The notes under the pieces: generated by a model
The model's database searches: none
The model's input: the letters and a program-made list of their open reading frames with translations, nothing else
What the model was told of the DNA's origin: nothing
Made by a program: the position numbers and the translations under genes
Part shown: positions 36,422 through 43,041 of the stretch, in pieces
Layout: each line of letters opens with the position of its first letter
How positions within the stretch are numbered: the stretch's first letter is position 1
From: Candidatus Omnitrophota bacterium
GTDB lineage: Bacteria; Omnitrophota; Gorgyraeia; Zapsychrales; Fredricksoniimonadaceae
Reading direction: 5' to 3'
Assembly (NCBI GenBank): GCA_015233335.1
Contig: JADFXX010000001.1
Coordinates: 70,302 to 134,301 of the forward strand
Length of the DNA stretch: 64,000 nt

Positions 36422-37669
36422 TTAAACTCCCCTAAAATCCGAAAAAACAATACAAGCATTACAATTACCGAATCCAAATGAATTGGATAAAACATGGTTC
36501 AATTTCTTAGGACGACCCTCGAGCGGTACATAATCCAAATCGCACTCGGGGTCTTTATGCTTATAATTGATCGTAGGCGCAATAAACTGATCCTTGATCG
36601 ATAATGCACACACCACCGCTTCAATGCCTCCCGCGGCCCCAAGGCTGTGGCCTATCATGGATTTAGTCGATGAAACCGGGATCTGATAAGCCTTTTCGCC
36701 AAATACCTGCTTAATAGCCTTGGTTTCCGCACGGTCATTGGCCACAGTCGAGGTGGCATGGGCATTGATATAATCAACCCGATCGGCACTGAGTCCGGCA
36801 TCCTTCAAGGCATCCGACATGCCGCGTGCGGCATCGTCTCCGCTGGCATCAGGCATAACCATGTGACGTGCACCGGAATTACTGGCATACCCGGTGATTT
36901 CCGCATAAATCGGCGCGTTCCGTTGGCGTGCATGTTCCAGTTCTTCTAAAACAAGTCCGCCGCCGCCTTCACTTAAGACAAAGCCATCCCTTTCTAAATC
37001 AAAAGGTCTTGAAGCTTCCTGCGGCACATCATTTTTTTTTGAAAGAACCCTTAAAGCGCTATACGCCCCGAAATTCAAACGCGTCAGGGGAGCTTCAACC
37101 CCTCCTGTCACACATATATCCATGTCACCCCACTGCACCTTACGAAAAGCCTCGCCAATGGCATGGCTTGCGGAAGCACAAGCGGTTGAAATGACCATGT
37201 TCGGCCCCAAAAAACCATACCGGATCGCAATGTGACTTGACACCGCATTCGGTGAAATTCTGGGCACCGAAGAAGGATTGATACGATTCGCCCCGCGTTC
37301 CAGGATCGCCACCATCTGCTCTTCATGGAACATCATTCCGCCTAATCCGGAACCGATGATGACCCCTATCCTCTGTTTATCTTCACGGTCTAAATCTAAC
37401 CGGCTGTCTGCGACGGCCATTTGGGAGCAGGCCAATCCAAAATGCACAAACCTGTCAACCTTTTTAGCCACCTCTGCAGGCATATATTGAGAAGGATCAA
37501 AATCTTTGACCTCCCCGGCGATTCGCGCATCAAAAACCTCAGCGTCAAAGCAGGTGATCTTATCTATGCCGGAGCGTCCCTCTTTGTTGGCCTGCCAAAA
37601 TTGTTCACGACCGATACCGTTACAGGCAACCACCCCCAAACCGGTAATCACAACGCGCCGTTTCTTCAT
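36422..37669 (-). CDS. beta-ketoacyl-ACP synthase I/II family
   Basis: Start set at the ATG at 37669 (MKKRRVVITGLGVV). Catalytic triad contexts ACASASHAIGEA, NAHATST and GHSLGAAGG. Confidence 0.9.
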   Translation of the reverse strand: MKKRRVVITGLGVVACNGIGREQFWQANKEGRSGIDKITCFDAEVFDARIAGEVKDFDPSQYMPAEVAKKVDRFVHFGLACSQMAVADSRLDLDREDKQRIGVIIGSGLGGMMFHEEQMVAILERGANRINPSSVPRISPNAVSSHIAIRYGFLGPNMVISTACASASHAIGEAFRKVQWGDMDICVTGGVEAPLTRLNFGAYSALRVLSKKNDVPQEASRPFDLERDGFVLSEGGGGLVLEELEHARQRNAPIYAEITGYASNSGARHMVMPDASGDDAARGMSDALKDAGLSADRVDYINAHATSTVANDRAETKAIKQVFGEKAYQIPVSSTKSMIGHSLGAAGGIEAVVCALSIKDQFIAPTINYKHKDPECDLDYVPLEGRPKKLNHVLSNSFGFGNCNACIVFSDFRGV

Positions 37670-37814
37670 TATAGCAAAATCCTTAACCTTGTTAATGATT
37701 AATTTAAATAAATGATTCTGACTGTTTTTCAACCCTAACTACTTAAAGTTAATAGGGTTCATACTATACCACAGTGCTAAAAAAACAATCTTTTTTTTTA
37801 CATAAATACTTTAA

Positions 37815-38237
37815 TCAAAAATTAAACTTTGCCCCTTCAGGAGTTAATGTTGTTCCTCCTTCAATCTGGCTTTCCCCTCCCCCCTTATTGAGGGACGCTC
37901 TCAAGTTTTCCTTCCGGACCCATCGCTTCATCTGGTCTTCACTTAAGGTCTTGCTCAACTTAAGATATTCATCACGTCTTAATGCCTCCAATGTGCTTTT
38001 TAAAACAGCATGGTTCACAATCAGGTCCCCTTGCATTTCCTGTAAAATCGCATCACGTTTGGACATATATTCTTTAATAATGGGCCTTACGGCATCTGCC
38101 TGTGCATCAGTCATATTAAGCTCAGTTGTCATTCGTCTGACACTGTCCTCTGCGTTTAAAGTCATATCCTGAGCATAAACAGACACCCCCAACACTAAAA
38201 ATACCCCTAAAATAGAACCGGCCAGTTGAATATTCAT
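37815..38237 (-). CDS. periplasmic LTXXQ-motif (Spy/CpxP-like) protein
   Basis: 140 aa; signal peptide ILGVFLVLGVSVYAQ. LNMTDAQADAV and LSEDQMKRW are LTXXQ-like repeats. Confidence 0.5.
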   Translation of the reverse strand: MNIQLAGSILGVFLVLGVSVYAQDMTLNAEDSVRRMTTELNMTDAQADAVRPIIKEYMSKRDAILQEMQGDLIVNHAVLKSTLEALRRDEYLKLSKTLSEDQMKRWVRKENLRASLNKGGGESQIEGGTTLTPEGAKFNF

Positions 38238-38249
38238 ACCACCCTCCTT

Positions 38250-39440
38250 TTACTCTTCGTCGATTCCTTCCGACATTAATTGCCCTCCCCTTTTTAAAAG
38301 CAAATGCTGAGGGAAAAAGGCAAAATTAGCTATCATCGTCGGTATAACGGCACTGGCGATCACCGCGGCAACCAGAAAAGAATACTGTTGGGGGGTTACT
38401 ATGCCGTGCGACAGTCCATACATCGATGAAATCGTCCCAAAAGTAAGCCCCGTTGACATCAATAAAGTATAGTACCATCTTTCGGAATTTTGCTTACGAA
38501 AAACCCCGATCACAGGATAAAGCCCAAATATCTTTGAGACAATCTTCCCTGTAAAAAGCACCAAGAATATAAAGGGCGCGCTGATCAAAGCCGGGACTGA
38601 AACCAGAGAGCCCGCTCTAATAAAATAAAAAGGTGTCAGAAACCCCACCGTTAAGGTACGAAGCCTCCTGATCCAAAGATGCTCTTCAACAGCAAATTCA
38701 GCCAAAAGCATGCCTGCTATATAGGCAGGTAAAACAGCTTCACTCCCTGACCAAGTGGCCAAAGCCCCTAAACCAAAAAGCACAAAAACCACCCACTTGA
38801 CCCTTATAGCAGCTGTTCTATTACCATACTTCCTATGAAGCAATGATGTGATATACGGAAAAAAACTAAGGACGATAACGCTTAGAATAATAAAGACCGC
38901 TGTTTTATAAGTAAATGGCGCAAACAAAAGCCCCAAAGCAATGACAGTCCCTAAATCATTGACAAAACATGCTCCCAAAATCCCCTTACCGAATTCGGTC
39001 TTATTAAACCCCGTCTCCAGCATGACCGCATAGACAACGGCCATGGAGGTCGTCGAAAGAGCAACTCCTGCCAACCAACTGGCCCGCACATCCCAATGCA
39101 GGAAAAAATACGCAAAAGCAGCGCATCCGAGAAAGGGGGCGAAAAATCCCACCAACCCCACAACCCCCACTTCAACCCATTTAGTACGTATAACCCTTGG
39201 ATCAAGCTCTGCCCCCGCAAGAAAGGTCAGCATAACAGCTCCGCTGGAGGCTAAAAAACGAAGCCATTCCGAATTATTCCCAAAAGAACCGGGACCGTAG
39301 AAATGATTTATCACAAAAGCCGCGAACACCCCTACACATATTTCCACAAGCGCTATGGAAATTCTTAAATGTTTAGCGATCATAGCAGAAATAACAGCCA
39401 GCCCCAGCCATATGGCAGCGATCGTATAAATGCCTTCCAT
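38250..39440 (-). CDS. CPA-family cation:proton antiporter
   Basis: 396 aa with about 11-12 TM helices. The pattern AGAELD, ...FVNDLGTVI..., ...FLTPFYFI..AG is typical of Kef/NapA-type Na_H exchangers. Confidence 0.8.
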   Translation of the reverse strand: MEGIYTIAAIWLGLAVISAMIAKHLRISIALVEICVGVFAAFVINHFYGPGSFGNNSEWLRFLASSGAVMLTFLAGAELDPRVIRTKWVEVGVVGLVGFFAPFLGCAAFAYFFLHWDVRASWLAGVALSTTSMAVVYAVMLETGFNKTEFGKGILGACFVNDLGTVIALGLLFAPFTYKTAVFIILSVIVLSFFPYITSLLHRKYGNRTAAIRVKWVVFVLFGLGALATWSGSEAVLPAYIAGMLLAEFAVEEHLWIRRLRTLTVGFLTPFYFIRAGSLVSVPALISAPFIFLVLFTGKIVSKIFGLYPVIGVFRKQNSERWYYTLLMSTGLTFGTISSMYGLSHGIVTPQQYSFLVAAVIASAVIPTMIANFAFFPQHLLLKRGGQLMSEGIDEE

Positions 39441-39487
39441 AAAATATCCCTTAAAAATTCCTAACTTTACATACGTACATTAAAAAC

Positions 39488-39517
39488 CTCCTACAATTCT
39501 AAACAGAATCGTAGGAG
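39488..39517. promoter_or_regulatory. inverted repeat CTCCTACAATTCT-aaac-AGAATCGTAGGAG in the antiporter upstream region
   Basis: 12/13-bp stem with a 4-nt loop. On the minus strand it is followed by GTTTTTA and sits just downstream of, or over, a TTGACG(39544-39539)-N17-TAAACT promoter-like pair. Confidence 0.3.
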
Positions 39518-39703
39518 TTTATACTAACCCTCCTTGAACGTCAAGTTATCCGTTGATCAATAGTGTTTTTATTTGATAATCCCAAGCCCCATCCATTCAA
39601 ACTCGCGGCCCAAAAACAATAACATAATCATAAAATATTGCTTTCCAAGATGCCCCATTCTTGATAAATTAATACAATAGCTGGTCCAGACCTTTAAAAA
39701 ACT

Positions 39704-40837
39704 ATGCATTCCCAAGATAAAAAAGTTTTTATCCTCGCCTCTATCGAAGAAGTGTCTATTTTGCGTAAATTCGCGATCCTCTTTCTGATCTCCTCCATTA
39801 TACCGATGTTCCTGCTTTATTATATTTATCTTTATAAAACAAGGCTCGGGTTTATGGCCATGATCATGATGGTTTTGGGCGTTTTTGTGGGATATTTTTC
39901 TATCCGTTCGTTATTAATTAAAGCGACCGATATCGCCCGGGAAAATCGTCGTGCTATCGAACCTTTTTTAAGCCCCCAGATCATCAAAGAAATCAGCCAG
40001 GGAGAAAACGAATTAGTCGTCTTAAAACACACCTTCAGCGCCCTGACCAAACAATTGGCGACGACGATCACCGAATTAAAGAATAAAAATGATGAACTTC
40101 TGGCCCTAGATCAACTCAAGGATGACTTTGTCAACAACGTCTCCCATGAGTTTCGCCTGCCGTTGTCGATCATTCAGGAAAGCATCCGTCAGATCACCGA
40201 AGGCATGTTCGGGCAGATCAATGAGGCCCAACAAAAATATTTAAACATGTCTCTTCGCAACATCGACCGCTTAAAGACACTCATAGATATAATGCTCGAC
40301 ATCTCCAAAATTGAAAAGGGCAAATTAGAACTCTTCAAGAAAAATATGGATTTAAGAGACGTGATCAAAGAAGTCGTCTCTGACCTGTCCCAAAAAATTG
40401 AAAAGAAAGGCCTTAAACTCAAGCTTGAGCTGCCGGCGCAACCTGTTGAAATTGTCGCCGATCGTGATAAAATCATCCAGGTTTTGATCAACCTAGTCGG
40501 CAATGCCTGTAAGTTCACCCAGCAAGGCTCCATTGAGATATCTGCGCGTGAAAATGAGGATTCTATTGAGTGCACGGTCACAGATTCGGGAATCGGGATT
40601 AGCTCCAAAGACCTGCCCCATCTTTTTTCAAAATTTCATCAGATCGCCGCTCCCCAGGAAAAAGGGACAGGGCTGGGGTTAGTCATTGCCAAACATATTA
40701 TCGAGCTGCATCATGGACAGATCTATGTCGAAAGTCAAGAAAAGATAGGCACCAAATTTACTTTTACGCTGCCGAAAAATACGGCGGCCCCTAACGGAAA
40801 GGCAGTGGACAATGAAAAAAATATTAATCGTGGATGA
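39704..40837 (+). CDS. membrane sensor histidine kinase
   Basis: 377 aa; two N-terminal TM helices, H-box VSHEFRLPL, HATPase boxes NLVGNACKF, DSGIGI, GTGLGLVIAKH. Confidence 0.9.
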   Translation: MHSQDKKVFILASIEEVSILRKFAILFLISSIIPMFLLYYIYLYKTRLGFMAMIMMVLGVFVGYFSIRSLLIKATDIARENRRAIEPFLSPQIIKEISQGENELVVLKHTFSALTKQLATTITELKNKNDELLALDQLKDDFVNNVSHEFRLPLSIIQESIRQITEGMFGQINEAQQKYLNMSLRNIDRLKTLIDIMLDISKIEKGKLELFKKNMDLRDVIKEVVSDLSQKIEKKGLKLKLELPAQPVEIVADRDKIIQVLINLVGNACKFTQQGSIEISARENEDSIECTVTDSGIGISSKDLPHLFSKFHQIAAPQEKGTGLGLVIAKHIIELHHGQIYVESQEKIGTKFTFTLPKNTAAPNGKAVDNEKNINRG

Positions 40838-41192
40838 TGATGTGGATATCGTCGATCTGGTTGAAAACAGGCTAAAAAAGAACAATTATGAGGTCACGTT
40901 CACCAATGACGGTGATAACGGGTATAGAAAGGCCATTGAACAAAAACCTGACCTGATCATTATGGATGTCATGATGCCTAATATGCACGGGGGCGAGGCG
41001 GTCAAGCTTTTAAAAGCAAATGATATCACCAAGAATATCCCGGTCCTTTTCTTTACAGCCATGAATTCCTATTTACCTAAAGGCGCCGAGCTAGACCAGA
41101 TCAATGTTAACGGTCAACTGTATCCGGCGATTACCAAACCTTTTGAACCGAACAAATTATTAGCCGCGATCAAATCCCTCTTGGGGGAATGA
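40812..41192 (+). CDS. single-domain response regulator
   Basis: 126 aa; KILIVDDD...DLIIMDVMMPNMHG...TKPF. Overlaps the kinase gene by 26 nt. Confidence 0.9.
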   Translation: MKKILIVDDDVDIVDLVENRLKKNNYEVTFTNDGDNGYRKAIEQKPDLIIMDVMMPNMHGGEAVKLLKANDITKNIPVLFFTAMNSYLPKGAELDQINVNGQLYPAITKPFEPNKLLAAIKSLLGE

Positions 41193-41195
41193 TCA

Positions 41196-42704
41196 TCACC
41201 CCCCGGTATGGCACTCCGAACAGTTTGTCGTCTTCCAGGATTCGTCCCCGTCAAAAGGATGCTGGAATGGCAGTCCATCAGAATCTTTCTGCACAGCTGT
41301 CCCGCTGCCTTGTTGTGTGATGATATGGCATGATGTGCATTTGCGGGATATCCCCTCTCCTGTCTTGGTCTTATGCTCATCATCATGACAACGGAAACAA
41401 CCTAAAGAAATCATATGTCCGATATTATCCGGATATGCGTCCCAGCGGGACTTCATCTCAGGAAAGAAATTCATCCGGTAGATCAAAGAAACGGCTTTGA
41501 TGGCCTCTTCAACTTTGTCCTTATGCTCCCCATAATACGCAGCCTGTTTCTTGGCATAATACTCAGTTAACCCCAAACGTATCTTTTCTAAAGCTTGATC
41601 CACAGAGAGATATTCTTTGGAAAGGACCTCGACGGCTTTGGCCTTGATCATGGGAATAGACGGGCTGATACGCTCCTCGGCCAACGCCCGGTTGATCGAA
41701 ACATCAGGAGCTTCAAAGCGGTGGGTTGGTCGGTTGTGGCAATCCATACAGTCCATTTTTCTGATCTTGTTTTGAGGCGGAGCTGTATTTTTATAAGGCG
41801 ATCCCTTGGTCGTATAAATCCTGGCGACCCCCGCCTTATTGATGGCCTTGATCCAGCTGATCTTCTGGCGCTTCGCATCTTCAGGCACGTAATAAATCTC
41901 ATCACCGTAATACATATGGGCGTGAATACCGGATTCGCCGTTTTGTCCGCCCCCGATACGGATCAGCATCTTGATATTCCATGGCAGAGTTTTGCTTGGG
42001 TCATCAGGGTAATAAATCTTATCCAACTGTATGGCATTAAAAGCTTTCCCCGGCCAATGACATTCTTCGCAGGTCTCCTTGGCGGGACGCAAGGTTTCAA
42101 CAGGAGCGGGAGTGGGCCTTGAGTAGGTCCCTTTAATCGCCATAAAAAGCATTTTAACGCCGGCCATTTTGTAATGCACGTACCAACCCACTCCGGAGCC
42201 GATATGGCATTCCACACATTTGACCTGGGCATGGGGCGACTGGGTATAGGCCGTATATTCCGGATTCATGACCTGATGGCATGTGACCCCGCAAAAACGC
42301 TCTGATTCCGTATAATTATAAGCTTTATAACAACCTATTGCGGTCATGATCAAAACAATAGCGGTTCCGACCATAAAAATAAGAATGGCATTCTGGTGGG
42401 TCGACAGAGAAAGGTCGATAACGATGAGTTTATGCGTGCCTCCGTGAGCGCCTTTAAGGATCCGACGCCGCGAAACCCAAGCCCCCCATGGAATCAATAT
42501 CAGGCCGACAATAAGAAACGGCGGCAGGAAAACATATGTAATAAGGCCAAGATAAACGCTGTGGGCGGAAGAAAAGAAATCAATGCAAAATAAAAAAAGT
42601 TCACAGCAAAGAATAAATACGGAAAGCCCTGCCCCTATATAAGTTGTATTGTTATAAAAATGATCGGGAAATCTCTGTTTTCTTTTTTTGGGAAGGTTAT
42701 TCAT
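41196..42704 (-). CDS. inner-membrane multihaem cytochrome c, NapC/NirT-related, ImcH-like
   Basis: 502 aa with three N-terminal TM helices. Six CxxCH motifs (CVECH, CEECH, CMDCH, CFRCH, CTSCH, CSECH) plus one CX3CH (CGVTCH, nt 42276-42293). Confidence 0.75.
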   Translation of the reverse strand: MNNLPKKRKQRFPDHFYNNTTYIGAGLSVFILCCELFLFCIDFFSSAHSVYLGLITYVFLPPFLIVGLILIPWGAWVSRRRILKGAHGGTHKLIVIDLSLSTHQNAILIFMVGTAIVLIMTAIGCYKAYNYTESERFCGVTCHQVMNPEYTAYTQSPHAQVKCVECHIGSGVGWYVHYKMAGVKMLFMAIKGTYSRPTPAPVETLRPAKETCEECHWPGKAFNAIQLDKIYYPDDPSKTLPWNIKMLIRIGGGQNGESGIHAHMYYGDEIYYVPEDAKRQKISWIKAINKAGVARIYTTKGSPYKNTAPPQNKIRKMDCMDCHNRPTHRFEAPDVSINRALAEERISPSIPMIKAKAVEVLSKEYLSVDQALEKIRLGLTEYYAKKQAAYYGEHKDKVEEAIKAVSLIYRMNFFPEMKSRWDAYPDNIGHMISLGCFRCHDDEHKTKTGEGISRKCTSCHIITQQGSGTAVQKDSDGLPFQHPFDGDESWKTTNCSECHTGG

Positions 42705-42840
42705 TTTGATAATTGTAACATAAAAAACAAGATGTTACAGTCATAACCCAAAAATCAAACTAAACTCCAATCCCCTCAAACCGAGCGGCCTTTCATATTC
42801 TGCAAAAACGTATTTATTTAGCGTTCAGAGAGCCACTTGC

Positions 42841-42923
42841 GTGTCATTGCGAGCGAAGCGAAGCAATCTAGAGCCATGCTAAGAGATTGCTTCGTCGCTA
42901 AAAAGCGCTCCTCGCAATGACAC
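42841..42923. repeat. inverted pair of a short dispersed element (GTGTCATTGCGAG...CGAAGCAATCT)
   Basis: Copy A 42841-42869 is on the plus strand. Copy B 42884-42923 is on the minus strand and carries an 11-nt internal insertion. They are separated by 14 nt, in the divergent intergenic region between the two cytochrome genes. A third copy lies at 54140-54173. Confidence 0.75.
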
Positions 42924-43041
42924 TATGAGAGATTTCTCTCTGCGTACTAAACATCTATGCAAGAACAGCGTTAGGCTTTTTTCTCTACGTAGTTTTACTT
43001 ATAACATTACATTTGTCTCTATATTATGATAATCAATATCT

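Noticed and set aside
41595-42122. 175-aa plus-strand ORF, and similar ORFs at 584..853, 1976..2323, 2579..2950, 18288..18653, 23704..24033 and 49767..50285, lying inside larger genes on the other strand
   Set aside because: Each lies wholly within a longer opposite-strand gene that carries unambiguous catalytic or haem motifs. Their sequences are low-complexity (R/G/S/P-rich) with no motifs. These are shadow ORFs.
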